DNA of 64,000 nucleotides from Candidatus Lustribacter sp. (GCA_965277805.1 OZ255842.1:4224001-4288000); one strand, 5' to 3'. Shown: positions 48,707 to 57,267, numbered from the stretch's first letter. Translations and numbers: made by a program. The notes: generated by a model not told the origin, from the letters alone.

Positions 48707-49390
48707 TTAGAGACAGAGGGGGCGTTTTTCTGGGACGCCGTTTCGGCGGGGGAAGCGTTGCTCGGTGTGGCGCGTCTTTTGTAAGACCAGGATTCGGCGG
48801 TCGCCTTCTAGCTCGCGTTCCTCGAGTAGTTTTGCGCCTAGCATGGGGGCGGCGTCTTCTAGGGCTTGACGTTCGCGGTGCTCCATGATGGTGCGTTGGA
48901 GTAGCGCTCGGCCGCCTAGGCGGAGGAATGGGACTGTTAGCTCGGCGACCGTGGGGGCGCGTGATACGGCCCGGGCCGATGCGAAGGCGAATTGCTCGCG
49001 GTAGCGTTCGTTGCGGGCGACGACCTCGGCTCGGTCGGCGATCGCCTCGCCGGGGAGGCCTAGGTCGAGGAGGGCTCTTTCTAGGAAGGCTGCTTTCTTG
49101 GCGGTTGGTTCGATTAGGACGACGCGGGCGCCGGTGGCGATGGCTAGGGGGATTCCCGGCAGGCCGCCGCCTGAACCGACGTCGACCAAGTTCTCGGTAA
49201 CATCGTTTGCCAAAGTTAGCGCGTCCAGGAGATGCGGCAGTAGCGCTACGGGGTCTTTGGCGCCGGTAAGGTTCACTTTACGGTTCGCCTCGAGCAGCAG
49301 CGCGCCGTATGCCGCGAGGCGTTCTGCTACGTCGTCGCTGACGCCGGCTGCGGTTAGGGCGGCGTGTAGGATCGCGTGTTCCGTGGGCAA
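48707..49390 (-). CDS. rsmG: 16S rRNA m7G527 methyltransferase
   Basis: N..VNLT, H.LD.L, DVGSGGGLPGIPLAI, RAE, ARAV, FPRRNG.P.K.PL. Confidence 0.93.
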   Translation of the reverse strand: MPTEHAILHAALTAAGVSDDVAERLAAYGALLLEANRKVNLTGAKDPVALLPHLLDALTLANDVTENLVDVGSGGGLPGIPLAIATGARVVLIEPTAKKAAFLERALLDLGLPGEAIADRAEVVARNERYREQFAFASARAVSRAPTVAELTVPFLRLGGRALLQRTIMEHRERQALEDAAPMLGAKLLEERELEGDRRILVLQKTRHTEQRFPRRNGVPEKRPLCL

Positions 49391-49393
49391 TGC

Positions 49394-51262
49394 CTAGCCT
49401 GCGGGGACCGGGGTGCGTGTCTCGGGGCGTCGGTGCAGCATGACGCTTAGGACTGCGACGTCGGCTGGGGTGATGCCGGGGACTCGAGCGGCTGCGCCGA
49501 GGGTGCGCGGGCGGATGCGCGAGAGTTTGTCGCGGGCTTCGAGCGAGAGCGCGGGGATGGCGCGGTAGTCGAAGTCTTCGGGGACGTGGTGGGCTTCGTC
49601 GGCGGCGGCTCGGGCGATGGCCGTTTCCTGGCGGCCGACGTAGCCGGCCATCTTGATTTCGGTTTCTAAGCGGTCGCCGATGTGCTGGGTTACGTCCGGC
49701 AATTCGGTTGCGACGTCGTTGAATCGCACGTCGGGGCGGCGCAGGGCGCTTTCTACTGTCGATCCGGGGGGCATGACGGCGGTGCCGATGGTGCGGCCGC
49801 CGATTTTTTTGCGGCCTGCTGCATGACGGGCGGCTTCGATCGCTGCTTGTTCTTCGAGGTAGGCGTTCCAGCGTTCGTCCGTGACGAGGCCGATTTTGCG
49901 GCCGATGGGGGTGAGGCGCTGGTCGGCGTTGTCGTGGCGGAGGATCACGCGGTGTTCGGCGCGTGAGGTGAGCATGCGATAGGGTTCGTCGACGCCGCGG
50001 GTGACGAGGTCGTCGATCAATGTTCCGATGTACGATGTCTCGCGTCCTAAACGCAATGCATCTTTGCCGGCGGCTCGGCGTGCGGCGTTGATTCCGGCGA
50101 TTAAACCTTGGGCTGCGGCTTCTTCGTAGCCTGACGTTCCGTTGAGTTGGCCGCAGTGAAAAAGTCCAGTAATTCTATGGGTTTCTAAGCTGTTGTCGAG
50201 TTCGGTGGGTGGGACGAAATCGTATTCGACGGCGTAGCCTGCGCGCAACATTTTTACGTTCGCGAGGCCGGGTAATGTTTGCAGCATCGCGAGTTGCACT
50301 TCGGCGGGCAACGATGTTGAGAAGCCGCCGACGTAGAGCGTTGGTTCGTCCCAGCCTTCGGGCTCGATGAAGACTTGGTGGGTTGGGTTGTGGGCGAACT
50401 TGATGACCTTGTCTTCGATCGAGGGGCAGTAGCGCGGGCCGATGCCGCGGATCAAATCCAGGCCGTAGAGCGGGGAGCGACGGAGGTTCTCCCTGACTAT
50501 ACGGTGTGTATCGTCGTTGGTAAGGACGACCCAGCATGAGAGCTGGGGGCCGGCGAACTCCGGCTCGCGGCCGAACGTGAAGCCGAGCGGGACGGCGCTC
50601 GGGCGCTGTTCGCTCATGGCGCTGAAATCGACCGACGTGCGGTCGATGCGCGGCGGGGTTCCGGTTTTTAGGCGGCCCAGCGGGAAGCCCAGTCGCGCGA
50701 GCGTTGTCGAGAGTCCGAGCGCGGGGGCTTCGCCGAAGCGGCCTTCGGAGCGCACCTCGTCGCCGCGGAACGTCTTGCCGCCGAGGAACGTGCCGGTGGC
50801 CAGCACGACGTTGGGGGCGCGCAGCGTGCGGCCGTCGCCGAGGATGACGCCGGCGACGGCGCCGCCGTCGAGCAGCAGATCTTCCGCCATGCCACTGACG
50901 ACGGCGAGGTTCGGCGTGCGGGCGAGGACGGCGCCGGCGGCACGCACGTAGCCGGGTTTGTCGGCGAGGATACGCAGCGCGCGGACTGACGGTCCCTTCG
51001 ATTCGTTGAGAAAGCGGGCGTGCAGTGAAGTTGCATCCGCGACGCGCGCCATTTCGCCGCCGAGCGCGTCGATCTCGCGCACGAGTTGGCCCTTGGCGCT
51101 GCCGCCGATCGACGGATTGCAGGCGAGCGTGCACACGCGGTCCGGATCGCCGGTAACCAGCAGCGTTTCCGCACCAAGCCGTGCCGCCGCGAGAGCGGCG
51201 TCGAACCCCGCGTGACCGCCGCCGACGACGATCACGGCGGCATCGTGACGCGGTGAATTCAT
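49394..51262 (-). CDS. mnmG: tRNA uridine-5-carboxymethylaminomethyl modification enzyme
   Basis: VVGGGHAG, CNPSIGG, KTGTPPR, GPRYCPSIEDK, GQLNGTSGYEEAAAQG. Confidence 0.97.
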   Translation of the reverse strand: MNSPRHDAAVIVVGGGHAGFDAALAAARLGAETLLVTGDPDRVCTLACNPSIGGSAKGQLVREIDALGGEMARVADATSLHARFLNESKGPSVRALRILADKPGYVRAAGAVLARTPNLAVVSGMAEDLLLDGGAVAGVILGDGRTLRAPNVVLATGTFLGGKTFRGDEVRSEGRFGEAPALGLSTTLARLGFPLGRLKTGTPPRIDRTSVDFSAMSEQRPSAVPLGFTFGREPEFAGPQLSCWVVLTNDDTHRIVRENLRRSPLYGLDLIRGIGPRYCPSIEDKVIKFAHNPTHQVFIEPEGWDEPTLYVGGFSTSLPAEVQLAMLQTLPGLANVKMLRAGYAVEYDFVPPTELDNSLETHRITGLFHCGQLNGTSGYEEAAAQGLIAGINAARRAAGKDALRLGRETSYIGTLIDDLVTRGVDEPYRMLTSRAEHRVILRHDNADQRLTPIGRKIGLVTDERWNAYLEEQAAIEAARHAAGRKKIGGRTIGTAVMPPGSTVESALRRPDVRFNDVATELPDVTQHIGDRLETEIKMAGYVGRQETAIARAAADEAHHVPEDFDYRAIPALSLEARDKLSRIRPRTLGAAARVPGITPADVAVLSVMLHRRPETRTPVPAG

Positions 51263-51314
51263 AGCAGCATTACGTTCGCGGGGATCGCGGCGACCACTGC
51301 ATAAATCGCGCAGT

Positions 51315-52265
51315 ATGCAGCGGAACGGCTTTCTCTCGGCGCTGGGAGCGCTGTGCGCGGCGGGCGCTCCACGCGCTGCGTTCGCCGCCACTGCGCCGGT
51401 GACGATCCGCGCCGCCGCAACGCTCGACGACGACGCAACGCCGTTCATCTGGGCCACGCAAAACGGAAACTTCAGCCGCAACGGCATCGACGCATCGATC
51501 ACGCGCGGAACGAGCGGCGCGGCCATCGCCGCCGGCGTGATCGGCGGCGCCTACGAGATCGGCAAGTCGAGCATCACGACGCTGTGCGCGGCGCATGCCC
51601 GCAACGTTCCGCTGGTGTGGATCGCGCCCGCCGGCGAGTACGACAGCACGATGGCGATGCGGCTCGCCATGATCGTGAAATCCGATAGCCCGATCAAGAC
51701 CGGCGCCGACCTCAACGGCAAGACGATCGGAGTGTCGGGGCTCAACGACATCTTCTCGCTTACCTCGCGCGCGTGGGCCGACAAGAACGGCGGCGATTCG
51801 TCGACAATCAAGCTCGTCGAGATCCCGATGGCGCAGGCCGGGCTGGCGGTGGAAGCGGGACGGCTCGATTGCGCCGTCGTCATTCAACCGTTTTTGGATG
51901 CGGCGATCGCGGGCGGGAAAGTGCGCGTGCTCGCCGATCCCAACAGCGCGGTCGCGCCGCGGTTCATGCAAGCCGCATGGTTCACGTCGGCGGATTTCGC
52001 GGCGAAGAACCCGGCCGCGATCGACAGCTTCATCCGCGTCATGCGCGACGCGTCGACATACTGCAATAGCCATCACGCCGAAACGGCCAAGCTGCTATTG
52101 AGTTATCTCAACATCACGGTACCGCTGAACTCGCGCATCCTGCTCGGCGTGCGCTTCAATCCGGATCTGATCCAAACGCTGATCGACATGCAAGTCCGCT
52201 ACAAAATGCTGCCCGCACCGGTGAACGCGCGCGACTTGATCTACCCCGCCGCTCTCCGCGCCTGA
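51315..52265 (+). CDS. ABC transporter substrate-binding protein (SsuA/THI5-like), no cognate permease adjacent
   Basis: Export signal; DSPIKTGADLNGKTI, VEIP...GRLD...QPF; similar to 2492-3424. Confidence 0.82.
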   Translation: MQRNGFLSALGALCAAGAPRAAFAATAPVTIRAAATLDDDATPFIWATQNGNFSRNGIDASITRGTSGAAIAAGVIGGAYEIGKSSITTLCAAHARNVPLVWIAPAGEYDSTMAMRLAMIVKSDSPIKTGADLNGKTIGVSGLNDIFSLTSRAWADKNGGDSSTIKLVEIPMAQAGLAVEAGRLDCAVVIQPFLDAAIAGGKVRVLADPNSAVAPRFMQAAWFTSADFAAKNPAAIDSFIRVMRDASTYCNSHHAETAKLLLSYLNITVPLNSRILLGVRFNPDLIQTLIDMQVRYKMLPAPVNARDLIYPAALRA

Positions 52266-52275
52266 GGAAATGTGA

Positions 52276-53550
52276 ATGCTCTCTCACGCTGACAATGAAC
52301 GCCTCACCCGGGTTGGGCCCGGTACGCCGATGGGAACGCTCTTCCGGCGCTACTGGCTGCCGGCGCTCTTGGCCGAAGAGGTGCCCGAACCCGACGGCGC
52401 GCCGGTCCGCGTGCGGCTGCTCGGCGAAGACTTGGTCGCGTTTCGCGACAGCGCCGGCAAGGTTGGATTGATCTCGGCGTACTGCCCGCACCGGCGCGCA
52501 CCGATGTTCTTCGGGCGCAACGAAGAGTGCGGGCTGCGCTGCGTCTATCACGGCTGGAAATTCGACCGCAACGGCGCCTGTGTCGACATGCCGTCCGAAC
52601 CGCCGGATTCGCTGTTCAAGACGAAGGTCACGATCGATGCCTACCCGACCTGGGAAGGCGGCGGCATGATCTGGGCGTACCTCGGGCCGCCGGAGCTCAA
52701 GCCGGAACCGCCGGGTCACGAACTCGTGCGCACCGCGCCCGAGAACCGCTACGTCTCCAAATCGCTCGAGGACTGCAACTTCTTGCAGGCGCTCGAGGGC
52801 GGCATCGATCCGACGCACGCGACGATCATGCACAACGGCAACATCGGGGACCGCACGTTCCTCAACGACTACGACAAGCTCGTTGCCGAACTGAACCTCG
52901 ACCGCACGGATTACGGCTTCACCTACACCGGCATCCGGCCGCGCGGCGCGCACACCTGGGTGCGCGGTTATCACTGGATCATGCCGTCGTTCCACATGCG
53001 CGCCCGCTCCGAAGGCAACTTCGGCCGCAAAATAGATCACGACGAAATTCCAACAATCGACGGCCACATCTGGATTCCGATCGACGATACGCAAACGTGG
53101 GTCTACAATTTCGGCTACTCGCACGATCCCGCGCAGCAGCTCTCGCGCGAACAAGCTCACGTGATCGAAACGCGGCTCGGACGCGGCGATTATCTCGATG
53201 CGAACTACGTCTCGCGGCTCAATCGCTCGAACGATTACGGCATCGATCGTCAGCGTCAGAAAACGCAGTCGATGACCGGGATCGAGGGCATCAACACGCA
53301 AGACTTCGCGCTGCAAGAGGGCATGGGCACGATCGTCGATCGCTCCAAAGAGCATCTCGGCACGACCGATCGTGCGATCATTACGCTGCGTCAAATCTTG
53401 CTGGAATCGCTCGACGCGCTCGACCGCGGCGAAGACCTGCGCGCGATCGATCCGGCAACCTACCGCAACGTGCGCTCCATCGATCGCATGGTCGACAACA
53501 CCCTCGACTGGCGCCTCGCCACCAAAGAAGACTTCGTTGCACGATATTAG
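52276..53550 (+). CDS. Rieske non-heme iron oxygenase alpha subunit (phthalate 4,5-dioxygenase-like)
   Basis: N-terminal NE.LTRVGPGTPMG.LFRRYW.P; Rieske CPHR...CVYHGW; mononuclear site EGGIDPTH...H; QD.A.QE.MG.I.DRS.EHLG..D. Confidence 0.9.
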   Translation: MLSHADNERLTRVGPGTPMGTLFRRYWLPALLAEEVPEPDGAPVRVRLLGEDLVAFRDSAGKVGLISAYCPHRRAPMFFGRNEECGLRCVYHGWKFDRNGACVDMPSEPPDSLFKTKVTIDAYPTWEGGGMIWAYLGPPELKPEPPGHELVRTAPENRYVSKSLEDCNFLQALEGGIDPTHATIMHNGNIGDRTFLNDYDKLVAELNLDRTDYGFTYTGIRPRGAHTWVRGYHWIMPSFHMRARSEGNFGRKIDHDEIPTIDGHIWIPIDDTQTWVYNFGYSHDPAQQLSREQAHVIETRLGRGDYLDANYVSRLNRSNDYGIDRQRQKTQSMTGIEGINTQDFALQEGMGTIVDRSKEHLGTTDRAIITLRQILLESLDALDRGEDLRAIDPATYRNVRSIDRMVDNTLDWRLATKEDFVARY

Positions 53551-54526
53551 GGGAGACGCCACGCCGCTGCTTGCGGTCGCGATCGGCGATCCGTCGGGCG
53601 TCGGCACCGAAATCACCGTCAAGGCACTCGCCACCGGCGAGCCGCAGCGGCGCAGCCGCGTCATGCTGATCGGCAATCACGACGGCATCGTCGAGACCGC
53701 GCGCACGGCCGGCCTCGATCTACGGTTCGAGCGCGTCGCGGATGCGGCGCAGGCGGGCGCGTTGCCGGGTGCGGCGATCCCCGTCTACGACGACGGCGCG
53801 GTCACGCTGGGTGACTATACCGTCGGGCAGCCCAGCGCCGCCGGCGGCCGCGCCACGGCGGGCTGGATCGCGCGCAGCGTGGCGTGGGCGGAGGCGGGCG
53901 CGATCGACGGCTTCATCATCGGGCCGGTTGACAACAGCTCGTTCAAGCTGGCCGGCTTCGCCAAATCTCCGCCCGGCATGAACCCGGCCAACTCGTACCT
54001 GCTGCGGATGTCGGGCAAGCTGCGCTTCATTCCGCTGGGCGAGCACGTCATGATGCGCGACGTGCCGCCGATGGTCACCACGGCCAAGGTGCTCGAGGTC
54101 ATCACGCTGATCGGCAAGACCCTCACCGGCTGGGGCGTGTCCAATCCGCGTATCGCCGTGGCCGGGCTGAACCCGCATGCCGCGGGCAGCGAAGATGCCG
54201 AACAGATCGCCCCGGCGGTCGCCGCCGCTCAAGCCGCCGGTCTCGACGTCAAAGGCCCGCTCTCGCCCGATACCGTCTTCCGCCGGGCGCTCCACGGCGA
54301 GTTCGACGTGGTCGTGGCCATGTATCACGACCAGGGCCAGATCGCCATCAAGACGACGGGCTTGGAAGAGGCCTGCGCCATCTTCATCGGGCCGCCCTAC
54401 GTCCGGGTCGGCACGCCCCACGGCTCGGCCCTGGACATCGCCGGCCAGAACAAGGCCCAGTTCGGCACGATGCTGACCGCCCTGAACGCCGCCTCGTCGC
54501 TCGCCGCCGGCCTCGGCCTCTCGTAG
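53537..54526 (+). CDS. PdxA-family decarboxylating dehydrogenase
   Basis: GDPSGVG.E, AGLNPHA, GP.SPDTVF, MYHDQG, HGSALDIAG. Confidence 0.85.
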   Translation: MHDIRGDATPLLAVAIGDPSGVGTEITVKALATGEPQRRSRVMLIGNHDGIVETARTAGLDLRFERVADAAQAGALPGAAIPVYDDGAVTLGDYTVGQPSAAGGRATAGWIARSVAWAEAGAIDGFIIGPVDNSSFKLAGFAKSPPGMNPANSYLLRMSGKLRFIPLGEHVMMRDVPPMVTTAKVLEVITLIGKTLTGWGVSNPRIAVAGLNPHAAGSEDAEQIAPAVAAAQAAGLDVKGPLSPDTVFRRALHGEFDVVVAMYHDQGQIAIKTTGLEEACAIFIGPPYVRVGTPHGSALDIAGQNKAQFGTMLTALNAASSLAAGLGLS

Positions 54527-54544
54527 GCGCGCGATTGGGGGGTG

Positions 54545-54568
54545 TCCCTCAACAGGCTCGGGATGACG
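54545..54568. repeat. REP-like repeat family A copy 3
   Basis: TCCCTCAACAGGCTCGGGATGACG; 22/24 identical to 6668-6691. Confidence 0.7.
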
Positions 54569-54665
54569 TGGGGCACTTCTTAGGGTCGCCCCACGGGGCT
54601 TGGAGGAAAGCCTAACTCGCCAATTAAACGCCCCTAACTATGAGCAGCCCGGCGAGTCCCCGTTC

Positions 54666-54878
54666 GTGATCGTCTGTATGTGCAATGCCCTGGGCGAGCG
54701 CCAAATCTGCGCCCAGCGCGATCGCGGCGTGGCCACCGCCCGCGACGTCTTCAAAGAGCTGCAGTGCGAGCCGCGTTGCGCGACCTGCGTCCCCGAAATC
54801 GAAGACATCTTGTCGGCGAAGGCGTTTCTGCCGGTCTATCAATCCTCGCCGAATTCGCCGGCCGCGGATTGCAGATAA
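54666..54878 (+). CDS. bfd: Bacterioferritin-associated [2Fe-2S] ferredoxin
   Basis: MIVCMCN...CATC (CxC...CxxC) pattern next to bfr. Confidence 0.85.
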   Translation: MIVCMCNALGERQICAQRDRGVATARDVFKELQCEPRCATCVPEIEDILSAKAFLPVYQSSPNSPAADCR

Positions 54879-55321
54879 TTCGGTTCGCCCATCTTTTGGG
54901 CCAGACCGAGTTGCGTTTCGAGATAGTCGATATGCTCTTCGGAGTCAACCAGTATCTTCGTCGCGATCTCCCGGCTGACGTAGTCTTTTTCGCGTTCGAA
55001 CAGCTCGATCGCGGCCGCCGTGTCGTTGCGCGCCACCGTCTCGAGCTTCAAATCCGCGCTCAGCGTTTCGAGCACGTTCTCGCCGATGTGCAGTTTCCCG
55101 AGGTCCTGAAAATTCGGCAGCCCGTCCAACAGCAGAATGCGTTCGGTGAGTTTGTCGGCATGTTTCATCTCGCCGATCGACTCGTGGTAGATCTTTTCGC
55201 CGAGCGCCGCAAAGCCCCAATGCTTGAGCAGCCGCGAGTGCAAGAAGTACTGGTTGATCGCGGTCAACTCGTTGTAGAGCATCTTGTTGAGCGCCGCGAT
55301 GATCTCCGGGGGTGCCTGCAT
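54839..55321 (-). CDS. bfr: Bacterioferritin
   Basis: ELTAINQYFLH, ESIGEMKHAD (heme Met), EEHIDYLE, NYLQ. Confidence 0.97.
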   Translation of the reverse strand: MQAPPEIIAALNKMLYNELTAINQYFLHSRLLKHWGFAALGEKIYHESIGEMKHADKLTERILLLDGLPNFQDLGKLHIGENVLETLSADLKLETVARNDTAAAIELFEREKDYVSREIATKILVDSEEHIDYLETQLGLAQKMGEPNYLQSAAGEFGED

Positions 55322-55371
55322 CTTGAGCCTCCGATTCCTGCGCCGACGCCCTTCGCGAAACGGGCGGCATA

Positions 55372-57252
55372 ATGCTCTGCGTCCGCCGCATCCTGATCGT
55401 CGCGTTTTTTATTCTATCCGCGTGTCTTGCGCACGCCGGCGCCGCCTTTGCCGACTTCGACAACGCACCGCCGCCGGGCATCAATCCCAATACAGTCGGT
55501 ATGCAGCCGCTCGTCGCGCCGTTGCCGGTCGCCACCGCGGCGCCGGGCGAGTCCCCGCTGCGCCCGCGCGAAGATGGTTCGTTCGATGCGATCCCGCTCG
55601 TGCAGGGCAATCAGAAAACGTTCACGCTCGTAGAACGCTCCGCGCCGTGGACGCTCAAGCCCGGACTGACCGTTCTCGCGACGACGTATAATGGCGTCGT
55701 TCCAGGGCCCGTGCTGCAGGTGAACGAGGGCGATCGCGTCGTCATCAATTACACCAACGCTTCGGACACGCCGGACACGATCCACCTGCACGGCATTCAC
55801 GAGATCCCGGTCTCGATGGACGGTGTCGGCGGCATCTCGCAACCGCTCGTGCAGCCGGGCGGCCACTACCAATACCGCTTTACCGCCGACACGCCCGGCA
55901 CGTTCATGTATCACACGCACGGCAACGAAGCGCAGCTCGATAAGGGACTCTACGGCGCAATCGTCGTGCTGCCGCGCCATCCGCGGCCCGAAGAAGCGAA
56001 TACGAAGCACGACTTCGTCGAAATGCTGACCGGCTGGCACATCCAGAGCACGGCGGAAAATCACTGGACGATCAACGGCAAAGAATATCCGGCGACGCAG
56101 CCGATGAACGTAAAAAAGGGCGAGCGCTTCCGCATCCGCTGGATCAGTTTGACCGCGGAAGACACGCACACGATGCACACGCACGGTCACTACCAAGTGA
56201 TCATCGCGCGCGATGCGCAACCGGTCGAGACGCACGACGTAATGGACACGGTGCCGCTCGCGCCGGGCCAGCGCGTCGACGTCGTCGTCACCGCCAACCA
56301 GCAGCCGGGCACGTGGCTCGTGCACTGCCACGTCATGGATCACATCGAAGACGCGGGCGGCATGCCGGCGGGCTTGATCACCGCGATCCAATATGCGGGC
56401 GCGCCCAATCTTCTAACGGCCATGGGCCCGGCGATGTCAGTCGGCATGACGATGCCGGCCGGGCCCAAACCGCTCGACTTCACGACGACCGTGATCCTCG
56501 GCCTGATCGCGGGCTTGACGATCTTCGTCGGCTTGCCGATCGCCCGCACGTCGAAGCTCTCGCCGTACAAAGTCGGCCTGCTCAACGCGCTCGCGATCGG
56601 CATCCTGCTCTACCTCGTCATCGAGATCGCGCAGAACGCGATCGGTCCGATCTCGCAAGCGCTCACGTCGTGGCACAACGGCGTCGGCAGCTTCCCCTAC
56701 GCGCTGCTGGCCGTCTTCGTTGCGGGTCTGCTGATCGGGCTCGTCGGGCTCGGCAGCTTCGCGACGATGCTCACGAAACGCGCTGCCAAACGCGCTGAAA
56801 ACCCGCTGATTCTCTCCGCGATCATCGCGATCGGCATCGGTGCGCACAACTTCGGCGAAGGCCTCGCCATCGGTGCATCTGCCGCATCCGGCGCGACGGC
56901 GATCGCGATCGGCTTGATCGTCGGCTTCGGGCTGCACAACGCAACCGAAGGCTTCGGCGTCGCGGCGCCGCTGATCGGCAAGTACGTGCCCAGCTGGACG
57001 CAAATCGGCCTTGCCGGCCTGATCGCGGGCGGACCGACGTTCCTCGGCACCGTGGTCGGCTACTCGTTCAACTCGCCGGTGCTCTCGGTGCTCTTCCTCT
57101 CGATCGCGATCGGCGCGCTGGTCTTCGTCATCGGCGAATTGTGGTCGGTGCTCAAACACACCGGCCTCACCGCGATGGCCACGACGTGCATGACGATCGG
57201 CTTCCTGATCGCGTTCGCGACCGAACTCTTTCTCGACATGCAAGGCGGTTAG
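55372..57252 (+). CDS. Two-domain multicopper oxidase fused to a ZIP-family metal transporter
   Basis: Signal peptide; Cu motifs IHLHG, YHTH, HTMHTHGH, HCHVMDH; then about 8 TM segments with ZIP motifs HNFGEG and HNATEG; single uninterrupted ORF. Confidence 0.88.
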   Translation: MLCVRRILIVAFFILSACLAHAGAAFADFDNAPPPGINPNTVGMQPLVAPLPVATAAPGESPLRPREDGSFDAIPLVQGNQKTFTLVERSAPWTLKPGLTVLATTYNGVVPGPVLQVNEGDRVVINYTNASDTPDTIHLHGIHEIPVSMDGVGGISQPLVQPGGHYQYRFTADTPGTFMYHTHGNEAQLDKGLYGAIVVLPRHPRPEEANTKHDFVEMLTGWHIQSTAENHWTINGKEYPATQPMNVKKGERFRIRWISLTAEDTHTMHTHGHYQVIIARDAQPVETHDVMDTVPLAPGQRVDVVVTANQQPGTWLVHCHVMDHIEDAGGMPAGLITAIQYAGAPNLLTAMGPAMSVGMTMPAGPKPLDFTTTVILGLIAGLTIFVGLPIARTSKLSPYKVGLLNALAIGILLYLVIEIAQNAIGPISQALTSWHNGVGSFPYALLAVFVAGLLIGLVGLGSFATMLTKRAAKRAENPLILSAIIAIGIGAHNFGEGLAIGASAASGATAIAIGLIVGFGLHNATEGFGVAAPLIGKYVPSWTQIGLAGLIAGGPTFLGTVVGYSFNSPVLSVLFLSIAIGALVFVIGELWSVLKHTGLTAMATTCMTIGFLIAFATELFLDMQGG

Positions 57253-57267
57253 CGCCGCCGCGCGCAC

